Positions 1 to 14,080 of a stretch of 64,000 bases of DNA are shown here, piece by piece (positions within the stretch are counted from its first letter, which is position 1; every line of letters begins with the position of its first letter). Origin of the DNA: Kudoa neothunni (taxonomy: Eukaryota; Animalia; Cnidaria); contig OZ199838.1 of the NCBI GenBank assembly GCA_964304625.1, positions 416,859 to 480,858 of the forward strand, read 5' to 3'. The position numbers and the translations under genes were made by a program. A model generated the notes under the pieces. The model made no database searches. It worked only from the letters and a program-made list of their open reading frames with translations, and was not told where the DNA came from.

Positions 1-149
1 TTACAAGTTTACAGGAGAATGAAGTTAAGTGATCCCAATACTTTTTTCAACCTCATTTTCAATATTGCTATAGGATGTCTTAGATAATTCGGTCATTATA
101 TGACAAATTTTTTCTGTTCTGAATGAATTCAAACGAATAAGGAATTTAT

Positions 150-1496
150 TTAAAAAATCTTCCAAAATAGAGAATTTTTTATCACGCTCTTCAGTTTTGA
201 ATTAAGAGCTTCTAGTCGATTATTTGTTAAATTATTGTAAAAGTGTCGGATTTTACTGAATGAAATGATCCATTGTGGTTTAATTGGATCCCAATTTTTC
301 TTGAAATAGATATTGAAATCCAAAATATTATAACTATTGAGCTCATTACATAATTTTTCATAATCCACTTCAATTTTAACATGCTTCACTTTTTTAAGGA
401 TAGATAACATGGATTCTTTTATTTCATTATTAATATTATATTTCGCAAGTTTTAACTCTCGTTGAAAAATCTGTATAACGTGAAATTTACAAATAAACAT
501 TTCAGCATTGGAAAAATGACTATTCTTAACTTTTCGAAGCTTTAAATCCTTATCAGTACCAATCGAGAAGACTTTTTCTTTTATCCAAGGAACAATTGAT
601 ATCAGTTCATTAATGTACCAGTCAACTACTATTTCAGTCTCCTCAAATATTATACATGCACTATTTAGGTGGGTCCAACCCATAAAGTCTTCAGAAACCG
701 TCAGATCCAAGTGAGCCCCAAAATTAGAATAGATAACTTTAATATTTTAAAATAATAAAAATAACCGCTAATTAATTAATTTGTAGATTGCGTCAGTTGA
801 TAGATGTTCTAGTAAAAATGAAAAAACATCCTTCATTTTTTCATCCACGAATATAATTGCACTAACTTAGTTTGTTTCACCTGCTAGTATTCTAACATCA
901 CAATTATAATCTTCCTTTAGTAATTTATAAAGGATGTTCACATCAATCTTTTGCATGGATAGATTTTTGTTAATATTATGTATAGACTTCAATGTTATCA
1001 TTTTACCGGTTTCTTGTTGGATTTTGGATTGAATCAATTTTTTGTTGGCGCAAAAAGAAACTAGTTCTGATACCCTTTGATCATTACGATTCGATTTTCG
1101 TTGTGGAGGAAAACATTTAAAAAAAGTTGGGTTGGTTTCATGATTGTGGCTTAGATTGAGTGATTTTACTTCGAGCGTTTGTCCGTCTGAACTTACTCTT
1201 AGTGATACATGAACAGGACAGGTGCCTTTCATGGTTTGTTTTTATCGAATACCCTTTGACCTGTCTCGATATTGGTCACTGAAATAACAAACATATCTAA
1301 CGGAGTAGTAATTTAAGTTTTTGTTGAATTTTTTGGTGAGGACTCGCTTTAGGTTTAATAGTTTTTTTGATTCACGCTTAATCAAGACACAGCACGATTG
1401 CTGTTCAAACATATGTATAAACTCTTCTAATTGCGTAAAAGAGTCAAATTTTTTACCTACTTCAAATAAATCAATATCGGTTCTATTTGCCATTTT
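150..1496 (-). pseudogene. MULE/Mutator-type (ZSWIM3/FAR1-like) transposase remnant, continuing off the left edge
   Basis: ORFs 1242-1493, 867-1232 and 150-710 carry FAR1-like motifs (C-x-F...CPVHV...HNH) and MULE motifs (GTDKD, FICKFHV, TNNRLEALNSKLK). The frame is broken by stops and frameshifts. Confidence 0.75.
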
Positions 1497-1854
1497 CCAT
1501 ACATGCGTCGCAACTACTTTACTTTAATTTTACAAATTTTCTAATTAAAATTATTTTTAATCAATATTTACCTAATATATGTTTATATGAGACAAGGATA
1601 ACAATTTTAACTTTCTAATTTTCTTGAAACTAAACTTAGTTTCTCCAATATTAATGGAAAAATCAATAAAAAATTTTTGTAATATATAGGGTTTTCCGAG
1701 CTTTAGTGACACGGTATTTAAGATAGCTAGATAATTAGGTAAAAAAATACGAAAATATTACTTTAAATTTCGAATGAACAAAAAATAATAATTTTGGGAA
1801 TTTGAAAAAGATATCCAAACACTATCGTATAATCTATACTTATTCTAAAATAAT

Positions 1855-2862
1855 TTATCGGTTCAAACATCTGCTGATATATCGAAGCATTTTTCGATAA
1901 TAATTTGAGCAGTCGTTGGTGGTAATAACTTTGAAACCATCATCTATTAAATTTAAAAGGTCGCTTTCATTTCTCGCATGTCCTCTCACAACATGGTTTT
2001 TCCATTTGCTGAAAACATTTTCAATTGGATTCATGAAGGGTGAATACGGAGGTAGATACATCAACGTTAGTTGTAACGTTGCTAAAATTTCGCTAAGTCC
2101 CCGATAATGATGTATCCTTGCATTATCGAGTATGAAGCATGGATCTTCAATTTCCAAAGAACGGCACAAATCTGCCAACTCAATGAGGAACTCTTTAAAA
2201 TCTTCGCCATTTACTGGTCTTCGATTTATTTTATATAGCACCATGCCATACTTATTCATCGCTACGATGACGGATATGTTCCTTGACTTGACGGCTTTCA
2301 CGTTTACATATGCTGATGTACCAGCAAGCGAACGACCCTGTCTTGTACGTGACGATACATTAAAACCAACTTCGTCAATAAAAACAAAGTTGCTGCCTTC
2401 TGCCTCAAGCAATTTTGAATTGAACTCTTGGGCGTACACAAAACGTTTTTCCACTGTATCGTCAGAGTTTCTTCGTTCAGGAACAATGGTGAGCATTTTT
2501 AAAGAATAATGGAATTCTTTAAGGCATCTATTTATTGTGCTAACGCTAACACTCACGCCACATTCGTCTAATAATTTTTGACGAAGAGTCTTAAGGGTAA
2601 TGGTGGCGTCCTCATCCATCCAACTTCTAATACGCAACTTTTGATCTTCATTGAGTTTTGAAGAAAAGTCACCACCCCTTTTTAATGACTTTTCTTTCCC
2701 ATCAAGAAGATACGATTTTACAATTGAAGCAACAGTTCGTCGCTTAATTCCAACATTTTCAGCGATGACGGCGTTGCTGTAACCCAATTCGCACTGATTA
2801 GCAATCATTTTCCTATCTCGGTCACTTATTGTTTGTCTCTTAAATTTGGTTCGAGTTGTCAT
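1855..2862 (-). CDS. Tc1/IS630-family DD34E transposase (335 aa)
   Basis: Two HTH-like regions; FIDEVGF, ILDNARIH and LPPYSPFMNPIE, with 34 residues between the second D and E. Confidence 0.93.
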   Translation of the reverse strand: MTTRTKFKRQTISDRDRKMIANQCELGYSNAVIAENVGIKRRTVASIVKSYLLDGKEKSLKRGGDFSSKLNEDQKLRIRSWMDEDATITLKTLRQKLLDECGVSVSVSTINRCLKEFHYSLKMLTIVPERRNSDDTVEKRFVYAQEFNSKLLEAEGSNFVFIDEVGFNVSSRTRQGRSLAGTSAYVNVKAVKSRNISVIVAMNKYGMVLYKINRRPVNGEDFKEFLIELADLCRSLEIEDPCFILDNARIHHYRGLSEILATLQLTLMYLPPYSPFMNPIENVFSKWKNHVVRGHARNESDLLNLIDDGFKVITTNDCSNYYRKMLRYISRCLNR

Positions 2863-3000
2863 TTGAGAATCGTCGCTATTATCTGTTTTTAAAGTTCATA
2901 AATATTAAACTAACGTGTAATGTTAAATTTATACCACTCATATTATTTTTATTCGATTAATTTACAATGTGAACGAAATTATAAGCTTAAATTACGCACG

Positions 3001-3058
3001 TGTCACTAAAGCTTGACATGATGTCATTAATGCTTGACACGATGTCACTAAAGCTCGA
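3001..3058. repeat. Three 21-bp subterminal repeats of the TIR core (TGTCACTAAAGCTTGACA...)
   Basis: Units start at 3001, 3022 and 3043; the third lies within the TIR. Confidence 0.85.
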
Positions 3059-3379
3059 AAAACCCTATAAATAGATATTTTAGGAGATCAATATATGTTG
3101 AAACAATATATAAAATTTCAGACTAGAACTATTAGTAATTTTGGAGAAATTAATTGTCGTGTCAATAGCCACTGTCATGATAAATATTATAAACATATTT
3201 CATTGTTACATTCCAATATCATAAGAATTCTCTGTTTCTCCCATTTGATTCATCTTTTAATTAAAAAACTATCAATGACATATTTCCTCATGTATGATTT
3301 TTTTTCACGAAATTTTCAACACTTATTAAAAAAACAGATGTGCTAGGAAGGTTTTTATGTATCATCTAGAAAAACGTGA

Positions 3380-4501
3380 TATTGAATATTTAAAAAAATA
3401 CCCCCAGGTAATGATTGCAGATGGTATAGTCTCTACAATTGTGTCACCGAAACATTGAATTATATCCCTGCTATTATTGACTTTTTGGTTGATAATGAAA
3501 TTGATCTGAACGTTTTTTCACTCCAAAAATTATTTCTTTATTTTAAAGTCATTATCGAAACATTGAATTCAATTAACAAACTTTAAAAGTTTATTGAATG
3601 TGAGAATGAAATGACTTTTTCAAGTGTATTCGAGTGGATATCATCAATGTTCCAAATTGATAAAACTTCAATAATATTGTCTCAAGATCGAACCCTTTCT
3701 GAATGGAATTTTAAGGAGAGAGAAGCCATCACAATTAAGTTGAATTTGTATATTGATAAATTAATACTGAATCTCAATGAGATAATATGTAAAAAATACG
3801 ATTATTTCCCACCTTCAACGTTCATGGAGACTGTCAAGAACCTTGATACAACCAAAAATATGAATTAGCAATAAATAAATATACCTGATATTGCGAAATT
3901 CTTAAGTATAGAACAAAGAAAATTAATAAAAATTCAACTTCAATTATTATCCTTCTTAAATGAAGTAGATGTGAATGGTGATTCCCGCCTTTGGAGCAAC
4001 AAGAGAAGATTAATCCCAGTAATATCAAAAATAGCTCTTGATATTTTATCAACTCATACTTCTTCAATCGCTATTGAAAAAGGATTTTCAGAAATGAGGC
4101 ATTTATATACACAATATGGAACTTCACTCTCAAGAGTAAAGTGCTCAATGATCATGCAGCTATACCACAATGGAGACATTAAATATTAATAATGGATATA
4201 GGTATTCTTATTTTATTTTTTTCTCTGTGTTTTAAATATAATTTTATTTATTTATATAATTATATTATTTTCTATCAGAATTATTAATTTTAATTTAATA
4301 AAATAATATTTTAGATAATTATCTAATTAAAGGTGGATTGTTTTAAATAAGTCCACATTCAAATAAATGATTTACATGATTTACGTCATTTTAAATGGTT
4401 TGATTTTGATAATTATTTAGTTTTTACTAGGGTTTCACAGTTACCTTATTTTTAAAATGAGTACGAGTGCTCCAAATTTCAGTACTCGCCGATACCCACT
4501 A
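3380..4501 (+). pseudogene. Degenerate hAT transposon: C-terminal dimerization domain and putative right end
   Basis: ISKIALDILSTHTSSIAIEKGFS resembles the hATC motif; GAGTAC/GTACTCG subterminal motifs end at ...gatacccacta (~4501). Confidence 0.6.
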
Positions 4502-4731
4502 TGATACCATGCTCGATGCATATCCACATTTTAAATTTTAATTGTTTTAGACTTTTGTTGCATTCAAATGAGATTACGCCAAAATTGTTGGTCATTCTAA
4601 AAAAAGTTTTATTTCTCCAAAATTTTCTGATTTTACTTAATAAGGGAACCTAACTGATTGTATTATCGGTAAGTAAAATATTAATTTTCTCAAATAATGT
4701 TTTGCTATCCATTACATGGATAACTAATTAA

Positions 4732-7075
4732 CCCATAACGGGTCCAATGTTTAGATTTTATTTATAACTTATATATGTATTAAATCATTAATAATTAAAC
4801 ACTGGTGTAATAGATTTTTGAAATATTAAATATTTAATGAATTACAATTGAATTAGTAATTGGTCGAAAAAGCAACGAAAAACTACCGACGTGCGATTTT
4901 CCAATAGCAGGTTTGTGTTTGCGGTATATAAATAACAGCTGGTTTAAAGTGAAATAATTGTAAATAATTATGTCTTATGAAATTTTATTGAACATTTTAT
5001 GTGCATATAACATTGGCAATTCGTACATAAATGTATTGAAGTTTTTTTACAAACTATACATCTACGTTTCTTTTTTGCAGGATGGGTATTAAGCAAAGGT
5101 TTTTTGCACAATGATGACGCTTGGAGTTTGGATAGGGACGATGTTCTGGTAAGTTTTTCATGGTCACTAATGCTAATTAAACATGTTACGATATTCCGAA
5201 TATGGTTTAACAATTTTATTTTTCCACCATTTGTATAGGTAACCAATTTATATGAGTTAACCGCAGCCAGGGATAACATATTGGTAAACAGGGGTCAGTA
5301 TCATTTTTTAGATTTTATATTTACTCTGTAACATGAAACTGAAGCATCGACGACATCGACTCCTCCCATGTATTTATTATACATATAACACATGTAAGGT
5401 TGAGGAACGTTGCCGTATCTTTTTTTAGATTGGAAATATCGTCGGATCTGTTGGACAGGTTCGGCATTTAGTGCATTACTCATTAGAGCTACAGGTTTTG
5501 TGTCTCTCCAATATAGACAATTAATGCCAAATTCTTTTTCCTTAAATGTTTCTAAGAAACCTATCGATTTTTTTCCATCACTTTATTTGTTGTAAGCTGG
5601 CATTTGGAAGTACGATTGGTTCTCACGGTCCCGGTTGCTTTGAGGGATCTTTTCTTCAGTTCAACGAAAAATTTATAGGATGTGAAAAAATTGTCCATAT
5701 AAATATGATCGTTTGATTTATCCTTAAGATCGTCCGCAAAATTCAGCACAACACTGCCACCGAGGCCAAAATATTTATCATATTTCGCTGACTTGCCTCT
5801 ATAAACGTCAAAGCTATACACAAAACCATCCGCAGAGGCCAACATCCACCGCTTAAAACCAAACCGAATTGGTTTTCCTCTCATAAACATTTTGCATGAG
5901 TGGTGACCGGTATACTGAACTATCTGTTCATCAACACAAACGTTATTATGGAAAATACCAAATTTCTTAAAATTTTCATTCAGTTTTTTTATTATTGGTG
6001 TAAGTTTGAAGAGCTTATCTTCAGGATCTAAATTGGCGTTATTATTAAAATGAATATATGATTTTATAGTCTTGAAGCGTTTATAGGACATGCACTTTCT
6101 GACTATATCAACTCCAGAGTCCATTGCAGATTCCCAATACATATGTTGTTGGGATAATTTATTATATCCAGACAGTAGCAAAATACCAATGAATGATTTT
6201 AGTTCCTTTAACGATAAGTGGAAAGAATGGTCATTCTTCTGGCGAGCGTACAGATTACTTTGTTTAACAATGTACATCAATAAACTTCCATCAAAAAATT
6301 CATAAAATGCTTCAAGTGAATCGTATTTTTCGAGCGAAACGTTTGTTGGCAATTCATTTTTGTTTTGTGAAAAAACATTAGTTTCCGCATCGGTTGATAA
6401 ATTTGATGAATGAAGAATTTTTTCCACTTAGCCATGAAGTTCTCAGCAGTCTGACCATCATCTAATGTTGAAAATATCTCAACTTCCCCGCAAACTTCGG
6501 GGACATTCCTGATGTCAACATTGTCTGAATCTAGGCTGACAAAACTTTCTTCTTCGTCCGTTAAAATATCGACTGTTTCAGGAGGTAATGTTACAATATC
6601 GATGCAATTAATTTCATCATCATTATTATCAATTTCATCAACTGCGTCGATCAAATTCCTATACCTCATCTCTCAAGTAACAAATATGGGATTATTAGGA
6701 TTTAGCATGCCGGTCGTTATTCGTTGCTTTTTCGGCCTCACATTACATCCGTTAAAACTTATCTTAGATAAGTCTTTAGTTCTTAAATTGAATTTATATC
6801 ATACAACTAAATATAATTTTTCTAAATTTACAAAAATACTCTTCAAAGAGACTAATATCATAAATTTTTTGTTGCATTATAACCTAAGCACAAGGTATGA
6901 GTTATTTATTATCATATCTTTACAAATACATTATTAACTATAATTATACTTTAGTAATAAATAAAAAATGCATTAATTAATTGATGGGAAAAAAATAATA
7001 AAATTTTAAAAATAATGAAAGTTTTTATGGCGGTTATATACCAGAGCCGAAAAAGCAACGAAAACCCGCTATGGG
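4732..7075 (-). mobile_element. piggyBac transposon (PGBD2/3-like)
   Basis: TTAA at 4728-4731 and 7076-7079; TIR CCCATAACGGGT / CCCATAGCGGGT; internal repeat CGAAAAAGCAACGAA at ~4865 and ~7048, inverted at ~6720. Confidence 0.92.
4968..6669 (-). pseudogene. piggyBac transposase, frameshifted
   Basis: VDEQIV, KPIRFGFK, MDNFFTS, YNKYMGGVDVVD and a C-terminal Cys-rich CxxC-CxxC-HxxC domain, spread over four ORFs. Confidence 0.9.
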
Positions 7076-7203
7076 TTAATTTAGTACGGTAAAACAAATA
7101 TTTAGCGCGAGATTTATATTTTTTATTTATGGACACATCAAACCATGAATAATATATTTTATCAGATAATTAAATTGTTTGCTTGTCATATTTTCATAAG
7201 ATA

Positions 7204-7440
7204 CTAGCGCAAACTGCCCAGCGTCGCATGGGGAAAATTTTGCATAGAGATGTTTCTTTATAACATTAAAAAAATATTGTGTCAAATTGATTTCGAAATT
7301 TAAATCATTATCATTTCTGAGCAGGAGTATATCAATCCTGGTATTGAATTAACAATTTCTTGTCCAGGCACCAACGCTAAATAATTTAAGGTCATTGTCA
7401 TATTTATTTTCGCCACCGAATTATTTAAACTCTCTTAAAT
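7204..7440 (-). mobile_element. Helitron 3' end fragment
   Basis: Minus strand reads CCCCATGCGACGCTGGGCAGTTTGCGCTAG|T (GC hairpin + CTAG), closely similar to the end at 51157-51186. An LVPGQE helicase-like remnant lies upstream. Confidence 0.65.
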
Positions 7441-7674
7441 GCAATCTAATACGTCATTTTTTGACCCGGGGGATTTTTAAAGTCCAATTTGGACTGGATC
7501 GGAAAATGTGTGAACCATTAATTTTTTAAGGAATAAAAAAAGAAAAAGTAAAAGAGATGAAGAAAACACAAGAAAATTAATTTTGGTTATTCATATTAAT
7601 ATTCGTTGCCCTAGCATAAACTTTAATGAGCATTTTTCAACAAACATAGAATGACTTTGATTATTTCTTATTTA

Positions 7675-7972
7675 TCAACTCAAAAGTTATTTATTACTAC
7701 TATTTAGATTTTTTACTATTGACATATAACAATTGTATATAAACTAATCTTAAAAATAAACTTTTTGCATATTTCACAAACACATCTCATTTTTCATTAT
7801 AATATAAATAATTCATGAACTTTTAAATATAGATATTAGTGTAGTAATATTTTTTCTAGTTTATAATTTTGTTTATTAAATTTTTTAGTAGAAATTGAGA
7901 AATTATTCAGTTTTTATTATTAAAATTCAGGAACCTAATTTTTAAAAATAATTACATTAATTTGTTTTACCT
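7675..7972. repeat. Diverged inverted copy of ~11915-12210 (non-coding transposon interior)
   Basis: Alignable by eye on the reverse complement, with shared strings such as caaaagttatttatta and tttttattattaaaattcag. Confidence 0.7.
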
Positions 7973-9099
7973 TAATGTATGTTTAAAACAAAAAAAATTG
8001 TTAAAAATCTACTAATTGTGAATATTTCAAGATGTAGATACAATATGTTACTTAAGGTTATTAATGTATCAGTACATATATAGTTCATTAGCGCAAAAGC
8101 TCCACTTCGCGAAGACTTCCTTACCCAGCCAAGTAGGCTAACACTTGGCACAGACTAAAGCGTTTTCGATTTTTAAGTAAATAGCGCTAATGCGCAGTTT
8201 TGCCTGGTACAGTGTGATGGAAAATTTTAACTTTTAATTTTATTTTCCTACTTTAATTGTTGTATTTTAAATCTTGTCATTATTTTTGCAATGTGATGAT
8301 TTAGAAAAACAAAATTATGTCCCCACTTTATATTTAAATATAAATAGATGTATTGAGCGAAATCAATGAGTATTTTTAAGTTTATTTTACAAATTGTTGG
8401 CCAAAACTATGATGACCTCAATTTTAAGAGAAATGTAATTAGCGATTAAAGTTCAGTTATTTATGAAACAAAATCATTAAGTAACTTAAATAAGACCTTC
8501 AGGTATTTTCAAAATCTTACGATAAAAATTAATCCTTCTACTCATAAAATTTATCTGTTATTATTCATTTATAAATTAGTTTGAATATAGTCTCGTGAAA
8601 TATTAAATACATATTAATCATTGGATGATTTGTGAGATACAGTAACCATATACATATTCCAATAAATTTTACGAAAGAAATATATAATTTTAAATAAGGT
8701 TCAAAAAATTTATGACGTTTTATTTTATTTAATCGACTATCCAGAACATCGTATCTGCTAAGTAAGCACGGAGAAACCGTGCGCAATTCCCTTTCAACGA
8801 GCATGTAGAATAAGTAAAAAGCATTTTCACCGCAAAATAAAGGCACCATTATGTATTAGTTTTAAAAATAGGTTTATTAGTAGGCGAATTTAATGAACGA
8901 ATTACGATATAACGCTTAAACTCACCAATAAATTTTAATAAAAAGATAACTTTATGAAATTTTATTTTCGAGGAAATGAAAAATAGCTTTACACATTATT
9001 GAAATCAGTTTTGTAATATCTTCGCTATTCTAAGAGATATTCTTTAGCGTAAGAATAGCCTGTGCTGATGGAGGGATTATACAGATCCGTAAGTATAGT

Positions 9100-10930
9100 T
9101 AGGGGTTAAGACGGTTCGGTTATTTCTAAAATCGGTTTTCGGTTTTTTAAATAATTTTTTCAAACGCACTATAAAAAATTCTATAGTTCAAATTTCAATT
9201 TAGTTATTTCTATTTTCATAAATAAAAACAATTGTCTCAAGTTTCGAATCACTCAGTTTTGTTCTCAAGGGGGAAATAACACGGTTGCATAGGGAAAAAC
9301 ATCTTTCTGAGTCAATATTTGTAGGCCTTATATTAGCGAGAGTTTTACGAACCCTCTCTAAACGATGTGACATCACACCGTGATTAATAAAATTGGTAAT
9401 TTCGTCTAAATCCATTTCAGCTTCCCAAGGTTCATGGTTGTGGATTTGATCATTCGGTTCAATGAAATTAATTGCTTCTTGTAACTCAAAATTTGATGGT
9501 CTTCTGTAGAATAAACTTTTTTCACAAATGTTTGAATCGAAGCTCAAAAACATAAATATGTCAGACCAAATGGTGCGTCGTTCAAAGCAGCGTTCGATAA
9601 ATTTCATTTTTAAATTCTCTGAAATTGTTCCGTCAATAAGAGAGAGATCCTCAACTGTGTTAGTTAGTATAAAGTCACATTGTGCAAGATTTATTTGTGA
9701 CTCTGAAAGTTTGAGAACGGCGCGATGCACAATTTCCAGACATGATGTTAATTCCTTAACATTCAGTCATTTTTACAATATATTTATCGATAATTACATT
9801 GACCAAAATAATTTCATCTTTTTCGATCAGCAAATTCTTTTCCAAAATCATGTAAGCGTCTTCAGTGGCCTCGAACATCTTCACAAATTTGACTAACATA
9901 TCGTAACAACTTGACCATCGTGTCACACAATCGATATTCATTGATAGGTATTTAATGCCTTTTCTTTCACATGATTTTCTCAAGGCGTCCGAAGCCAATC
10001 CAGATCTTGAAAAGTAACTGACAACTGACCTCACCCGAGATAAAATATCTAAGAAACTTGTCACAAGGACAAATTCTTGCTCATCAAACTCCAGCTCGTC
10101 AGTTATAGTTTCGATATTTTTTGGCTTCTGGCTATTAGCTTCTTCATACATTGTGTCTTTTACAGCTATACGTTAATGTAGGTTTGTCAATTAATAATTC
10201 AATTACCTAAATTTATTCCATGTAGCATGCACTTTATCTGCTGAAAACCTAACTCAAAAGTGCATTTTGCCATGTTTGACGCTCCATCGATACACATAAA
10301 TAAGGACGTAACGCCAATTCTACGCCTGTACATCTTTCGGTGACTCTAATAACCCCGAGCGAAATTTTTTTGTCTTCGAAATATGCTTGGATATTGAGAA
10401 ATCGCTTTTTAGATCTTGACGTCCACTCATCAGAACAGAGCGCAGGTCTTGAATTGGCACCGGGAAAAAAATTTTTTTTATCTTTGCTCACCATAGATGC
10501 TTCTACTTTTACGCAAGAATCGGAAATTTCATCATAGGATACTGGGATTTCTTTATTGTGAACTTTTTTCAACAATCGTCTTATGGTGGTACTTTTTGCA
10601 ATTTTGGCAATATCACTATCCAGGTTAAAATCCCAAAGACTTTTGCTCGCAAAACTTTCAATAACGGGTTGTGTTTGTATGCTTCTAAATTTCGATAGAA
10701 AAATATCAGCGATTGCAACAACTTATTTTTTGAATCAATCCCATGTATTTTAGCGTGTGCATGCAATGTACTAGTCAAACTTTTTTTGCACATAAGTACT
10801 GCATCGCATTTGTTACACTTTGCTTTTTCATTAGCAAGCTTAACGAAATAGCTCCAAATAGCAGATACCATCACCGTAATTATGAACGAAAAAAACTTAT
10901 TCCCTATTAAAGCACGTGCCACTAACAAAA
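9100..10930 (-). pseudogene. hAT (Ac/ZBED-like) transposase pseudogene with BED finger
   Basis: IWSYF...KCNKC...LHAHAKIH (zf-BED), CSDEWTS, DCVTRWSSCYDML and PTNIDSERCFS; TAGGGG terminus at 9100 with CGGTT repeats. Confidence 0.85.
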
Positions 10931-10987
10931 AATTTTGTTACCCCTTTAATATTTTAAAAACTAGTTTATTTTTTTAAAATACTGCAT

Positions 10988-12456
10988 CAATCACATTTTT
11001 ACATATTTTTAGTAATATTAAAGTATGTGGCACCTAAAAAACGTCCTCTTGCGCATGTTTTTCACGATTCTTGATAATAAGATGAAAGAATACGGAGATA
11101 AAAAATTCAGCTCAAAATAATGACTTTAGAATTATAAGAATTTTTCATCCACACGCAGTCGGATACATGTGTAACCTCCATCTTCTTTCAACAAACGTTG
11201 AATTGTTCTCTAACTCGTTTTGAAAATCATTCATAAATTGGTTTCATTTCGTATTTTTTATCGTATAAAAGAAAATTTTTACGATGTCAAATTTATCTAT
11301 ACATGTTTTTATTGGTTTTTAAATATGAATGGTTTTAAACAATAACTTAACCACGTGCTCTCAAAATGCATTTTCTTATAACTTGTGTTTTCTTTCACGC
11401 TCACTCAGACTTAGAATAAACACACACGCGGCTTGTTCAGGTCCGACAGTAAAACAATATAGAGCTTACTTAACAAGGTGATGAAGCAGCCGTTAATTTA
11501 TATAATAGTTATAATCTCCAATAGAACTGATAAATTTTTTTTAAATAAATCAACACTATATTAAAGATAAGCATTTAATTTAAAAAGGTAAATATCTTGA
11601 GTTCGAATAAAAGTTGTTATTACTTTATTAGAGGAAATTTTACGTGTGTGTTTAGTCTAACATTCAACCAACGTAAAAATGTTGTTATTGTACCTTCAAA
11701 GAATTTATATTTCTATAAATATATCAGTTTTAGTCAATTATACGTGTATTGATATAAATAACTTTAGATAACACATATATTTTTATATCTCGTAATATTC
11801 TCAATTAGCATTTTTTGGAGAATTATTTGTTACCAAACTTTGACTTATAAAAAAACTTAAAAAACAATAAAAATATCGCTTAGTAATTTTTTTCCAATAT
11901 TATACCAACACTGCAGGGTAAAACAAATTAATATCATCATTTTTAAAAATTAGGTTTCTGAATTTTAATAATAAAAATTGAATAAATTCATAATTTCTCG
12001 AAAAAAATTAAATCTAAAAAATTATAAACTAAAATAAATCTTACTACATTGACATCGATATTTTAAAGTTCATAAAGTATTTTTATCTTAGCGAAAAATG
12101 AGATGTTTTTGTGAAATTTGCAAATAGTTTATTTTCCAAGTTAGTTTATAAAATTGTTAGATATCAAAAGCGAAAAATCTAAATAGTAATAATAAATAAC
12201 TTTTGATTTAATAACTAAGATGGAAACATAAAAATTCAATGTTAGATGAAAAAAAAGATGGAGATTACACGTGTAGCCGACCACATTCGGATGAATAATT
12301 CTCAAAATTTTTAAGTTATTATTTTCAGCTAAATTTTTGTATTTCGTATTCTTTTATTTTATTATCAAGAATCGTGAAAAAAGAAATGCGAAAGAATATG
12401 TTTAAGGAGATGCTTTTCAGGTTCCGCATACTTTACTATTACTAAAAATGTGATTG
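10988..12456. mobile_element. Non-autonomous element with ~210-bp imperfect long TIRs (MITE/foldback-like)
   Basis: 10990-11205 aligns to the reverse complement of 12231-12455; no ORF inside. Confidence 0.6.
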
Positions 12457-12639
12457 ACTACTTATTTTAGTGATTCTTTGTTTAAAATTCAGCATCAACT
12501 GATAATAGAAGCTAAATTATAACAATTAAAAAATTAATATTAATATTTCAATACTTTTAAATAAATACGATATAACTAAATGTAAATAAAAATTAAACTA
12601 TATATATCCAAATTCTAACTACGTCATATATTTTACATA

Positions 12640-14080
12640 AGACGGACTTTCGCCGGAATTTGTATAACGCGCGCGCTTAATATTGCTTAAGAAAACACAG
12701 TTAAATCAAATATATATACATCTATTACATTCAGTGAAGACTACGATATTTTTTTGAGTTAAAAATTATTTCACCTTCCAAATACAATGTCTCGGTAGTA
12801 TATATCATACTTTAGAAATATTTGTTTCAATTTTTCATATTTCTCGTTTACTTATTTTGCCATATGGTTCCATATTTGAAAAAAATATCTCTCTTCACAT
12901 TACTTTGATGTTATTTTAATTTTTGAATAAAAATGTGTATCCGAGCATGAGATTTTTTAAAACGACTGTAAAAATGTCTATTGAAAATCTCAGCGGAATT
13001 TGATGTCAACTTGATATTTCGTAATATTATGTCGAGAGCATTCCACGATTTTATTGGAAATTTAAGGTTTACAATACATGTGTTTTCATAGTATTTCATA
13101 AAGGAATCTATGTTGGTTACAGAGGAGATTTTTAGATGTTACTCTTAACTTTTCAAATTCGTTTTGAGCACAATTAGGCGGAACAAAAGCGAAAGATGTT
13201 ACTCATTTTACGAATAATTTAAAATCATCGTTAGAGTCATAATCATTAGAACAACCTAGTTTTTGCATTTTTCTATATACACACTGACCTAGGTGAAATA
13301 AACAGAAATGCATAGAATATTTTGATTCTTTTTTAAAAGAATTATATGCTGCCATTTCAAAATCTATTACGACATTTTCCGAAGTCCTAAATTACCTTTT
13401 CCTTGAGAATTCGGAGTACTTTTTCGTAACTTTTTTGCAATTTGTTGGACATTAATATATAAACTATGGGGGGGGGGGGGGGGGTGAGAACTCTATTAAA
13501 AATTGAATCGTGGATAGTGTAAAGTTGAAAAAATTCCTTAGGTGTACAAGATTAGTCTCGGTAGTGAAAATTATGATTCTGTTCCTGTCATCAGATCCCG
13601 AGTCACGCAAAAAAAATGGTTCATCTCTAAAGGTTTTTAAGTCGGAATAAACATCATTCATCTGAATACATTCAATATTCTTCCTTTCTCTAATACTTAA
13701 GATTCGTTTGCACATTGTTTTTTTTAGAAACAATTGGAATATTATTGATACTTTCATTATTAGAAGCTAAGCTGTAAACTTTAGAGGAGGGGCACACAGT
13801 ATTTTCCTATAATTTTCTTGATTCAATCGCCATCAATTTTTTTGTTCATCGTCGACAACGTGATTATGAAATTTTAATTCTTTAATGTGGTCCATGTTGT
13901 CTGCAGGGATGTTCTTAATCTTCCCTGACGCATTCTAACTTGACATCTCAAATATTTATACTTAGTATTTTTATAATCCTTCACATAAAAAGTAATTGTT
14001 AGACATAAGGTCATTATCCCTCCGATATTGTTCATTACTGGATGCGCGCGCATATTATTTTTACGGCGAAGCGTTGTTTC
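12640..14080 (-). pseudogene. Degenerate MULE transposon
   Basis: Minus-strand remnants RIIIFTTETNL, FCLFHLGQCVYRK and TSNSAEIFNRHF; eroded TIRs sharing TTCGCCG...GCGCGCGC at ~12641 and ~14080. Confidence 0.7.

Larger units (their letters stand above)
1687..3067 (-). mobile_element. Tc1/IS630-like DNA transposon, full length
   Basis: 25-bp TIRs TAGGGTTTTCCGAGCTTTAGTGACA (1 mismatch), flanked by TA on both sides, enclosing an intact transposase. Confidence 0.92.

Noticed and set aside
13467-13484. Poly-G run and resulting poly-Pro ORF end
   Set aside because: An isolated homopolymer in a decayed MULE, with no evidence of function.
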